NCBI GenBank assembly: GCA_036267795.1
Contig: DATAVJ010000172.1
Span: forward strand, 14,302 to 78,301
Origin: Rudaea sp.
GTDB lineage: Bacteria > Pseudomonadota > Gammaproteobacteria > Xanthomonadales > Rhodanobacteraceae
Reading direction: 5' to 3'
Length of the DNA: 64,000 bases
Shown here one piece after another: positions 29,398-37,412 of the stretch; the stretch's first letter is position 1; every line of letters begins with the position of its first letter. The translations under genes and the position numbers were made by a program. The notes under the pieces were generated by a model. It made no database searches. It saw nothing but the letters and a program-made list of their open reading frames with translations, and was not told the DNA's origin.

Positions 29398-30450
29398 TTA
29401 TTGAATTTGAATCGGCAGGTGCACCGTGTACGACTGCTGGTCTTCGCCGGCGTTGGGATCGCTGGTCAATTCTTCGTAGAAGCGGCCGGATCCTTCGGAG
29501 CTCTCGTCGAAGATGTAGCCGTGCGTGTACGCATAGGCCTTGAGCATCAGACGCATGAGCGGCAACTGCGCGGCGGAGCCTGTCGTCGAGGTGACCAGTT
29601 CCTTGCTGCCGCCGATCGTGCCGATCTTGATCGGGTCGGCGACGGCGTAATTCGCATTGTCGACCGGCAGGGCCATGTCGAAATCGTAATTCTCGTCGCC
29701 GAAGTTCGTGGTGATGGTGATGCGCGGCCCGGTGACGTTGATCTTTTCTTTCTTCACCAGCGCCTGCAGCTGCGCCATCGCCTTGTCGGTAGCGTCGGCG
29801 ACATCGTCCAGCGTGCGCTTGGCGGTGGTCGAGATAAAGATGATCGGACGCTGTTCGACGTCTTTCGCGTCGATCTGCTGATCCTTGTAATCGACGTTCG
29901 GGAACGTCGCGAGCATGTTCTGCAGGGCGCCGAGCTGGAACTGGATCTGCGTGGCCGGATCGCCGTCGAGATACATGCCGCCGTAACGGCCGAGCAAGTC
30001 CCAGCCGTACTCGACGTCGTAGCCCATCGTGATACGCGTGGTCTTGCCGTTGGTGGAAGGATTGATGTCGATGGTGAATTTCTTGCCGTTGCCGCGCCAT
30101 GGATTGACGACATCCCACGTGACTTGCTGATCCTGCTGCTGAGGGGGGTCCGTCGCAACGGTGTAGCTGCCGTTGCCGATACGTTTGTCCTCGCTGGTCC
30201 AGGTGACGCGGGAGTTCGGCCCCATGGCAGGGCCCTCGAAATTCAACTGCACGCGGGAATCGTAAGCGCGCAACGCATTCCACGACGGATAGGTGCGGAA
30301 TCCGTCGACGACGTCGAAAACCTGCCGCGCCGGCGAACTGACTTCCACCGACCGTTCGATGTGGCGATGGCTCGGCAACGCGACGGCAAATACCACCGCC
30401 AGGACTAAAACGATGGCAAGGGCGACGAGTATCTCGAGCAGACGAGTCAT
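29398..30450 (-). CDS. SRPBCC (START-like) domain plus GyrI-like small-molecule-binding domain protein
   Basis: N-terminal TM; LPSHRHIERSVEV..P...VFD.V..FR.YPSW; C-terminal GPRITI..., YEE..SDP. Confidence 0.75.
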   Translation of the reverse strand: MTRLLEILVALAIVLVLAVVFAVALPSHRHIERSVEVSSPARQVFDVVDGFRTYPSWNALRAYDSRVQLNFEGPAMGPNSRVTWTSEDKRIGNGSYTVATDPPQQQDQQVTWDVVNPWRGNGKKFTIDINPSTNGKTTRITMGYDVEYGWDLLGRYGGMYLDGDPATQIQFQLGALQNMLATFPNVDYKDQQIDAKDVEQRPIIFISTTAKRTLDDVADATDKAMAQLQALVKKEKINVTGPRITITTNFGDENYDFDMALPVDNANYAVADPIKIGTIGGSKELVTSTTGSAAQLPLMRLMLKAYAYTHGYIFDESSEGSGRFYEELTSDPNAGEDQQSYTVHLPIQIQ

Positions 30451-30581
30451 TCCGCGAATCTCCACGATATCCGGTCGCGAATGTTACTTGCTCCGCGCCG
30501 GGAAGGCTATGGGCGAGGCGCCGCGCAACGCGGCCCGCGATGCGGCCGGACAGGGCCGCAGGATAACGCAATCCCTGCAAC

Positions 30582-30629
30582 TAGACGATACCGATCTTAG
30601 ACGATACCGATCTTAGACAATACCGATCT
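30582..30629. repeat. 16-bp tandem triplication of the response-regulator 3' end
   Basis: tagacgataccgatct x2 plus tagacaataccgatct. Confidence 0.95.
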
Positions 30630-31293
30630 CGAACGCCTTGAGCACCGCGCGCGTACGGTCGCGAACGCCGAGTTTCGACAAAATGTTGGAGACGTGATTT
30701 TTAACCGTGCCTTCCGCCACGCCGAGCGAATTGGCGATTTCCTTGTTGCTGTAGCCGCCGGCCATCAGGCGCAGGATTTCCGTCTCGCGTTCGGTCAGCG
30801 GATCGGGACGATCGAGGCTGGTGAATTCGTTCTGCATCCGCTCCAGTCCGGCGAGCAGACGCTGCGTCACTACGGGCTGTACCAGCGATCCGCCCGATGC
30901 GACGGCTTTCACGGCGTCGACGAGTTGTTCCAGCGACACATCCTTGAGCAAATAGCCGCGCGCGCCGGCTTTAAGGCCTGCGAGAACGAGCTGGTCGTCG
31001 TCGAAGGTGGTGAGGATGATCGTCGGCGGCACTTCGCCTTTTGCCGCCAGCGCCGTGAGCACATCGAGTCCCGACATGCCGGGCATGCGCATGTCGAGCA
31101 GCACGACGTCGGGTTTGGTTTTCGGAATCAGCTCCAGCGCCTGCACGCCATCAGCCGCTTCGCCGACGATGCGGATGTCGTCGGAAAGTTCGAGCAATGA
31201 GCGGATGCCTTGCCGCACCAGGGTCTGGTCGTCGACCAGGCAGACCGAAACCGGTCCGGTTACAGGACTCGAATTTGTCGAGTTCGCGGTCAT
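30613..31293 (-). CDS. NarL/LuxR family response regulator
   Basis: LVDDQ, LLDMRMP, LTTFDD, GYLLKD, HTH LTERETEIL..MAGGYSNKEIA..L.VAEGTVKNHVSNILSKL. Confidence 0.97.
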   Translation of the reverse strand: MTANSTNSSPVTGPVSVCLVDDQTLVRQGIRSLLELSDDIRIVGEAADGVQALELIPKTKPDVVLLDMRMPGMSGLDVLTALAAKGEVPPTIILTTFDDDQLVLAGLKAGARGYLLKDVSLEQLVDAVKAVASGGSLVQPVVTQRLLAGLERMQNEFTSLDRPDPLTERETEILRLMAGGYSNKEIANSLGVAEGTVKNHVSNILSKLGVRDRTRAVLKAFEIGIV

Positions 31294-32492
31294 CGTGTCG
31301 CCTCCAATGGCAGCCATGCGTCGAGCGCGAAACCGCGGTCGCGTTCCGTGGTGATATTAAGCCTTCCGCCGATTTGCGCCAGGCGCTCGCGCATGCCCAG
31401 CAATCCGTTGCCTTGCCGCAAATCGGTGACGCCGCGGCCGTCGTCGCGCGCGTGCATGGCCAATTCGTTGCCCGCCGTGCGCTCGAAACGCAACCAGAGG
31501 TTTCGCGCGTGCGCGTGACGCACGGTATTCGTGATGATTTCCTGCGTGCAGCGCAACAGCACCTGCGCGCGGCGCGGATCGTCGACGGAAAAACGCGGCG
31601 GCAGTTCGAGATGGATCGCGATGCCCGGCACGCCTTCGATCAACGTATTCAACGCGTCGGTGAGATTGAGACTGTCGTCGTCGCGCAACTGGCTGACCAC
31701 TTCGCGCACGTCGGCCAGCAATAGTTTGGCAACGCTTTGCGCCTGCTTGACGTGATCGAGCGATGCGCCGTGCGCCAGATGGCTGGCCACTTCGAGATTG
31801 AGGCTCAACGCGGTGAGATGATGTCCGACCAGATCGTGCAGCTCGCGCGAAATGCGCATGCGCTCGGCGATACGGCTCGATTCGGTGAGCAAGGTGCGCG
31901 TGGCGCGCAATTCAGAATTCAGGCGGCGCTGTTCTTCGCGCGAATCCGCCTGCTGGCGCGCTACGACGGACGTGATGTACGTAAATGCGGAAACGCCCAG
32001 ATAAATCGCGCTCTGCAGCAGCGCGAGAAACCAGCCGTAGTTTTCGCCGGTCGGCTCACCGTGCGAATACAGCGGCTGCATCGCCGTGAACGGCGCCAGC
32101 GAAAAATTCTGCAGCGCCACCCAGAGCAGTCCCGGCCAGAACGGGATGATCCACGGCAGCACACCCGCGATCACCAAAAGCAAAATGCTCGACAACTGAC
32201 TCTGCGTGAAAAAACTGATCGAAATCGCGGCCACGTTCATCAGCAGCAACAGCGGGATCTTGAGCTGCCACTGCTTGCGTACGCCGATGTCCCGCGTGAC
32301 GAGCCAATAGGCCAGACCGAACACCACATACGACGCGAACCACCACGCGCGATCCACCGGATCGCCCGCTTCGTCCTGCGGACGCACCGCGTCCCACAGC
32401 AGCGGAATGCCCACGCACGCATACGTGAACAATCCCGCGTAGCGCAGCAGTTGAATGTGGTTGAGGGATGAAACGCGCATTTTGCGCATCAT
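31290..32492 (-). CDS. DesK/NarX-type (HisKA_3) membrane sensor histidine kinase
   Basis: Multi-TM N-terminus; ERMRISRELHDLVGH, QEIITN..RH, DDGRG, GNGL.GMRER; start could be 32492, 32489 or 32480. Confidence 0.95.
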   Translation of the reverse strand: MMRKMRVSSLNHIQLLRYAGLFTYACVGIPLLWDAVRPQDEAGDPVDRAWWFASYVVFGLAYWLVTRDIGVRKQWQLKIPLLLLMNVAAISISFFTQSQLSSILLLVIAGVLPWIIPFWPGLLWVALQNFSLAPFTAMQPLYSHGEPTGENYGWFLALLQSAIYLGVSAFTYITSVVARQQADSREEQRRLNSELRATRTLLTESSRIAERMRISRELHDLVGHHLTALSLNLEVASHLAHGASLDHVKQAQSVAKLLLADVREVVSQLRDDDSLNLTDALNTLIEGVPGIAIHLELPPRFSVDDPRRAQVLLRCTQEIITNTVRHAHARNLWLRFERTAGNELAMHARDDGRGVTDLRQGNGLLGMRERLAQIGGRLNITTERDRGFALDAWLPLEATR

Positions 32493-32644
32493 AGACCGCC
32501 GCGGGGACGGCGCAACCTGCCTCAAGTCATTCACGCCGCAACGCGGGCTTAACGAAAAAGCCATCCGGTCGACATGGCCCCGACAAAGGCCGCGTGCGAT
32601 AATCGCGCCCGGAAAATTGGCGCGCGTGGGTAAAGGACACAAGA

Positions 32645-33259
32645 ATGACAATCGCGATCCGCGACGTGCATGAGCATGAAATGGATTCCGTGCTCGCTCT
32701 GAACAACGCCGCGGGCACGACGATACTGCCGATGGACAAGGCAAAGCTTCTGGCCTTGAATGCGCAAGCGGCTTATTTCCGTGTGGCGCTCGTCGACGGA
32801 AACATCGCGGGCTTTCTCATCGCGCTGCGCGAAGACGCCGACTACGGCAGTCCGAATTTTCTGTGGTTCCGCGACAACTATCCGAAATTCCTCTACATCG
32901 ACCGCATCGTCATCGCGCGTCCGTATCAAGGCTTGGGACTCGGCCGGATTTTCTACGCCGACGTGACCAGCTACGCTGAAGTGCGCGTGCCGCTGCTGGC
33001 CTGCGAAGTGTTCCTCGAACCGCGCGACGACGTCTCTGTTCTCTTCCACGGCACGTACGGTTTTCAGGAGGTCGGTCAGCAGATGATGCCGGTGGTGAAT
33101 CGCCGCGTCGCGTTGCTGGCGAAAGATTTGCCCAGCCATCCGTTCGTCTTGGAAACGTATTTGCAGGGTGCGACCGGCGCGCTGCCCAATCAGCCGTGGC
33201 TCGCCGAACGCGACCGCAAATGGCCGCTGCCCACCGCGCGCGTGGCCGGCGCGAGCTGA
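32645..33259 (+). CDS. GNAT family N-acetyltransferase
   Basis: FLYIDRIVI..PYQGLGLGRIFY acetyl-CoA motif; FH..YGF.EVG. Confidence 0.88.
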   Translation: MTIAIRDVHEHEMDSVLALNNAAGTTILPMDKAKLLALNAQAAYFRVALVDGNIAGFLIALREDADYGSPNFLWFRDNYPKFLYIDRIVIARPYQGLGLGRIFYADVTSYAEVRVPLLACEVFLEPRDDVSVLFHGTYGFQEVGQQMMPVVNRRVALLAKDLPSHPFVLETYLQGATGALPNQPWLAERDRKWPLPTARVAGAS

Positions 33260-33269
33260 CCGCGATACC

Positions 33270-33767
33270 GTGCAGTCCGACTCCGCCGTCGACGCATCGA
33301 CGGACGTTCTCACGCTCGACCGAATCGATGTCGACTTCGTCGAACTGCTGCTGCGCAGCTACGGTTTGGATCTCGTGCGCGTCGCCGATGGCATGCCGAT
33401 TCCCGCAACGTACTGGGGCGAACCCGAGGCCGGTTTGATCGGCACGACGGTCTACGCGCGCGGCGACACGCCCTTGCATTCGCTGCTGCACGAAGCCTGT
33501 CATGTCATCGCCGCCGAACCGCAGCGACGCAGCGAAATCCATACCGACGCTTCGACATCGCAAGCCGAAGAAGACGCCGCCTGCTATCTGCAAATCATTC
33601 TGGGCGGAGCCATTCCCGACGTAGGGCGCGAACGCGTTCAGCGCGATATGGATACGTGGGGTTACACATTCCGCCTCGGCTCGGCGCGCGCATGGTTCGA
33701 ACGCGATGCCGACGATGCAAGAGCCTGGCTCGCCGTCCGCGACTTGTTGCCCGACGCTTGCGCATAG
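33270..33767 (+). CDS. Conserved-looking hypothetical protein with HExxH motif
   Basis: IP.TYWGEPEAGL, SLLHEACH, EEDAACYLQ, DMD.WGYTFRLGSARAWF; probable GTG start at 33270. Confidence 0.7.
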   Translation: MQSDSAVDASTDVLTLDRIDVDFVELLLRSYGLDLVRVADGMPIPATYWGEPEAGLIGTTVYARGDTPLHSLLHEACHVIAAEPQRRSEIHTDASTSQAEEDAACYLQIILGGAIPDVGRERVQRDMDTWGYTFRLGSARAWFERDADDARAWLAVRDLLPDACA

Positions 33768-33813
33768 CGGCGCCGCGCACTAGCCTGCGCACACTCAATC
33801 AGGAACTCGCGCC

Positions 33814-34053
33814 ATGCAACGTTGGCTGAAACTCCCCGACGGCCGCTTCATCGACGCCAACCGCATCGTCTTGGTCGGCAAGGTCGAGACGTTTCCGCTA
33901 CTCGACGACACCGGCTCTACCGATGGCGGCGTCGGCTACGCGGTAAACCTCGGTCTGGACATTCCGCGCGAACGGCAAGTAACCGTTACCGGAACGAAAG
34001 ACGAAATCCTCGGCCTGATGAAGACATTGCTGGGCGGCGGCGCGCCCGCGTAA
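33814..34053 (+). CDS. Small hypothetical protein (79 aa)
   Basis: AGGA SD upstream; MQRWLKLPDGRFIDANRI; protein-like composition. Confidence 0.7.
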   Translation: MQRWLKLPDGRFIDANRIVLVGKVETFPLLDDTGSTDGGVGYAVNLGLDIPRERQVTVTGTKDEILGLMKTLLGGGAPA

Positions 34054-35304
34054 TCAGGTTTTCGGTACATCGAGCACTTCGTGTTCGATGCTGCCCGCGC
34101 GCGGTTCGCGTTTGGCCACGGCACGATAAATCCGCCACGCCGCAAATCCGATCGCATACAAAACGATCGACGTGATCGCCAGATGCATCGCACTGTCGCT
34201 GAACCACGGACCGATCACGCCGCTGAGCAGTGCATTGAACGAAAGAACGATGAACGCCTGCGCCGATGACGCCGCGCCGCGATGCCGAGGAAATCGATCG
34301 AGCACGAGCAGATTCAGCGTCGGTGAAATCAGATTGATGCCGATGCCCGCCAAGCCGATCGGCACGACCGCCCACGGCACGCGCGCCGGCACGACGAGCC
34401 AGGCGATGAGCAGACCGAGCACGCCAGCAGTCGCGATGAGCACATAACCGCAATTGATCACGATGTTCGTGTTGACACGGCCGGCCAATCGCGCGGCCAG
34501 CGTAGAACCCAGCACGAGTCCGATAATCGCCGGCACGAACAGCCACGGAAAGTCGTTCTGCGTGAGATGAAGAACGTCGAACACGAACGCCGGCGCGACC
34601 GCCACGTACAGAAACAAACCGCCGAAATTTCCGGTGTTCGCAATCGCGAGCGGCAGGAATTGCGAATCGACGAAAATCTCGCGATACGTTTTCACCAGAT
34701 TCGACGGCGAAATCGCGACGCGATTTTCCGGCGGATGCGTTTCCGGCAAGAACGCGACGCAAAGCACCAGCAAGAGCAGCGTGAACGCCGCCAGTGCCCA
34801 GAACAACGCGTGCCATCCGCCGATGAGTACCAGGCCTGCGCCGATCACCGGCGCAATGGCAGGCGCCAGTCCGAAAATCATGCTGACCTGCGCCATCAAC
34901 TTCTGCGCGAACGCGCCTTCGAAGCAATCACGGATGATCGCGCGGCCCACGATGAAACCCACGCCCGCGCTGCAGCCTTGCAGCGCGCGGAACACGAGCA
35001 GCATCGGCAACGTTTGCGACAGCGCGCATCCGATGCTCGCGGCTAGGAAGACCGTCACGCCGCCGAGCACGACGCGGCGGCGTCCCCACGCGTCCGACAG
35101 CGTGCCGATGAACAGCGACGATGCCGCATACACGCCGAGATACACGCTGATCGTCTGCTGCATCGACAGCGACGTGGCGCCGAATTGCTTCGCCATGGCC
35201 GGAAACGCGGGGAATATCGCGTCGATGCAGAACGGCCCGAACATCGCCAACGCCGCGAGCAGCGGCGCCAGAACGGCTCGGCGCGGAGTGACCACAGGAC
35301 TCAT
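34054..35304 (-). CDS. Bcr/CflA family MFS drug efflux transporter
   Basis: PFCIDAIFPAFP, GTLSDAWGRRRV, RALQG, 12-TM pattern; start MSPVV at 35304. Confidence 0.92.
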   Translation of the reverse strand: MSPVVTPRRAVLAPLLAALAMFGPFCIDAIFPAFPAMAKQFGATSLSMQQTISVYLGVYAASSLFIGTLSDAWGRRRVVLGGVTVFLAASIGCALSQTLPMLLVFRALQGCSAGVGFIVGRAIIRDCFEGAFAQKLMAQVSMIFGLAPAIAPVIGAGLVLIGGWHALFWALAAFTLLLLVLCVAFLPETHPPENRVAISPSNLVKTYREIFVDSQFLPLAIANTGNFGGLFLYVAVAPAFVFDVLHLTQNDFPWLFVPAIIGLVLGSTLAARLAGRVNTNIVINCGYVLIATAGVLGLLIAWLVVPARVPWAVVPIGLAGIGINLISPTLNLLVLDRFPRHRGAASSAQAFIVLSFNALLSGVIGPWFSDSAMHLAITSIVLYAIGFAAWRIYRAVAKREPRAGSIEHEVLDVPKT

Positions 35305-35394
35305 CGGGGCAGAATCTATGCAGCTAATGCACGCATGATACGCGCCGCCGCTTGACCGCGCGCCCGGCGATTGCGCTAGCATGGACACGTTCAA

Positions 35395-35463
35395 GGAGAT
35401 GGCATGCCTCCTTCGCGCACCGCTGCATGTGCGCGCAACCGCCGCGAGGCTGATGATGCCTGT
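35395..35463 (+). ncRNA. Fluoride riboswitch (crcB motif)
   Basis: GGAGATGGCATGCCTCC...AACCGCC-GCGA-GGCTGATGATGCCT; P1 GGAG/CTCC; pseudoknot GGCAT/ATGCC; directly upstream of fluc. Confidence 0.9.
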
Positions 35464-35550
35464 CCGACAATCCGCAACGGATTGTGCGCAGGCGTTCGTT
35501 CGGATCGGTCCGCGCACACCGTGTCGGCTCTGAAAAAGGAACCGCAACGT

Positions 35551-35937
35551 ATGCCATTAGCATCATTTTTCGCCGTCGGTATCGGCGCATTCTTCGGCGC
35601 GTTGCTGCGCTGGGGATTCGGAATTCTGTGGAACACCGTGATCCCGAATCTGCCGCTGGGTACGCTGGCGGCGAATCTCGTCGGCGGTTTCATCATCGGC
35701 GCGGCACTCGGCGCGTTCGAGCAATTTCAGGATCTGCCGCCGGAACTTCGCCTGTTCATCACGACCGGTTTTTGCGGCGGACTCACGACGTTCTCGAGTT
35801 TCTCCGCCGAAGCGGTGGTTTTGTTCACGCGTCAGCAGTACGGATGGTTCGCGACGATCATCGCGACGCACGTCGCCGGATCGCTCGCGATGACGTTCGC
35901 CGGAATGGCGCTGATGCGCTGTCTCATCAAGGCGTAA
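35551..35937 (+). CDS. crcB: Fluoride channel Fluc/CrcB
   Basis: GAFFGALLRW, GTLAANLVGGF, TGFCGGLTTFSSF. Confidence 0.97.
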   Translation: MPLASFFAVGIGAFFGALLRWGFGILWNTVIPNLPLGTLAANLVGGFIIGAALGAFEQFQDLPPELRLFITTGFCGGLTTFSSFSAEAVVLFTRQQYGWFATIIATHVAGSLAMTFAGMALMRCLIKA

Positions 35938-35947
35938 AAGTATACTT

Positions 35948-36160
35948 CTAGCCCGAGGGCCGCGCAGCGAACGTCGCGCACGTCGCGCGTGCGGACACGT
36001 GACGATCATGATGCCGGCACAATCCGTCGTCCGCGCGCACCGAGGCGAACCCGGAACTCATCACGTTCAATCCGGGAACCGCTCGCTCGATCGCGAGCGG
36101 ATCGCGTTCGAAATGCACGCAGCGCTCGCAGCATTCGTTCGTTACAGCAGGATTCGACAT
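35948..36160 (-). CDS. Small four-Cys HiPIP-like protein without signal peptide (70 aa)
   Basis: MSNPAVTNECCERCVHF...GLCRHHDRHVSARATCATF; C-terminal part of the 35948..36577 ORF; weak SD. Confidence 0.55.
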   Translation of the reverse strand: MSNPAVTNECCERCVHFERDPLAIERAVPGLNVMSSGFASVRADDGLCRHHDRHVSARATCATFAARPSG

Positions 36161-36194
36161 CGTTTTCAAAGAACGTCTGTCTGCGAGTCGACCG

Positions 36195-37292
36195 TTACTC
36201 AAAGCCATCTTCGAAAACCGAGTCCAGAAGCGGCGGAACCCAGGCCATCGCGACGCCGCGATAGATGGTGTTCGTCGCCGCTGTGGCGATGATCGAGATG
36301 GGCGGCGTTGCAGTGCCGTTGTCGATGACCTTGACGAGCTTGTTTTGTGTCGCTTCCGTCGTCGTCGCGTACAACACGGGCTTGCCCGCGACGACTTGCG
36401 CAGCGAGTCCGCGCACGCCGGTGGTGATGCCGTTGGTGAACGTCGCCTGCAGCGTCCACGTCGTACCGTTCCACGTCCACTTCTGGATCCCGCCGCCGCT
36501 GGCCACGGTCCGATCGTCTGCGACATATAAGGTATCGAGCCCAGCGCCAGAGCTGCGGTCGAAGAAGGCAAAGGCATACGGCGAGGCGTTGGACATCGGC
36601 ATTCCGCTCACAGCGATGGTGGCGGGATCGGTCGTGGTCGGCAGTCCCGAGCCGACTGAAAAAACATTGCTGGTCCCGCTGCTGCCCGAATCGGCGAAGA
36701 GCTGTCCAGACACGATGTTCATCGCACGGACGCTGCCCGGTGAGGAGACCAGTTGCGTCGCGCCGTCGAGTCCGAGCAATTCGTACCAGATGCCGCCGTC
36801 GCCGCTGCCGCTGCCGCTGCCGCTGATCCAGAAATGGTTTCCATCGTCGGTGACGGCACCGCGCACGGCGGTACTGAATCCATTGCCCAGCGTCGTACTC
36901 GTATCCACGTTGCCCTGCGCATCGACGCGCGCAATGACACGCACGGCATTCGAAATCGGCGCGCCGGGTGCGACCGCGTAGCCTGCCAGCGTCAGGTAAT
37001 TACCGTCGGGACTCCCCGCCAGCGCACCCTCGGTTGTCCCGGCGCCGCTCAGCGTGAATGCCATGTTGATGTCCGCGACATCGGCGGCCGTCGGCATCGG
37101 AATGGATGTTCCAAGTGTTCCGTCCGCCGCTCGGCGCTCGAGGAACACCGGCGCTGTATTCGCCGAGAGCGCGGCTGAGCCGTCGCCGATTCGCACGACG
37201 ACGATATCGTCGCTCGCAGCGGCGGCAGCGCAAAAACAGACAGAGACAACGAACGCAAGCCGCGCCAAGCCGGCGGATGTGCGGCGATCCAT
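36195..37292 (-). CDS. Secreted Ser/Thr/Gly-rich beta-rich protein ending in DSVFEDGFE
   Basis: Start MDRRTSAG with GGGGGAG SD; signal peptide; VVVRIGDGSAALS, EGAL..S.DG.YLTLAGY, LYVADD repeats suggest a propeller-like fold. Confidence 0.85.
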   Translation of the reverse strand: MDRRTSAGLARLAFVVSVCFCAAAAASDDIVVVRIGDGSAALSANTAPVFLERRAADGTLGTSIPMPTAADVADINMAFTLSGAGTTEGALAGSPDGNYLTLAGYAVAPGAPISNAVRVIARVDAQGNVDTSTTLGNGFSTAVRGAVTDDGNHFWISGSGSGSGDGGIWYELLGLDGATQLVSSPGSVRAMNIVSGQLFADSGSSGTSNVFSVGSGLPTTTDPATIAVSGMPMSNASPYAFAFFDRSSGAGLDTLYVADDRTVASGGGIQKWTWNGTTWTLQATFTNGITTGVRGLAAQVVAGKPVLYATTTEATQNKLVKVIDNGTATPPISIIATAATNTIYRGVAMAWVPPLLDSVFEDGFE

Positions 37293-37412
37293 GAATTTCT
37301 CCCCCGAGGCGATCGTCTGCATCCTACACAAGCGGCGCACGCCGGCAACCGTTCTTACTCCGTTTTGTGGAATCCGGCACAATGCGCGCGATAAATCGCC
37401 GCGACCGGTCTC

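Noticed and set aside
30582-30629. Tandem 16-mers as a mini CRISPR array
   Set aside because: Repeats are contiguous with no spacers, derive from the gene's 3' end, and no cas genes are present.
36793-36825. gccgct hexamer run
   Set aside because: Encodes a short GSGSGSGDGG linker inside the secreted protein; ordinary low complexity.
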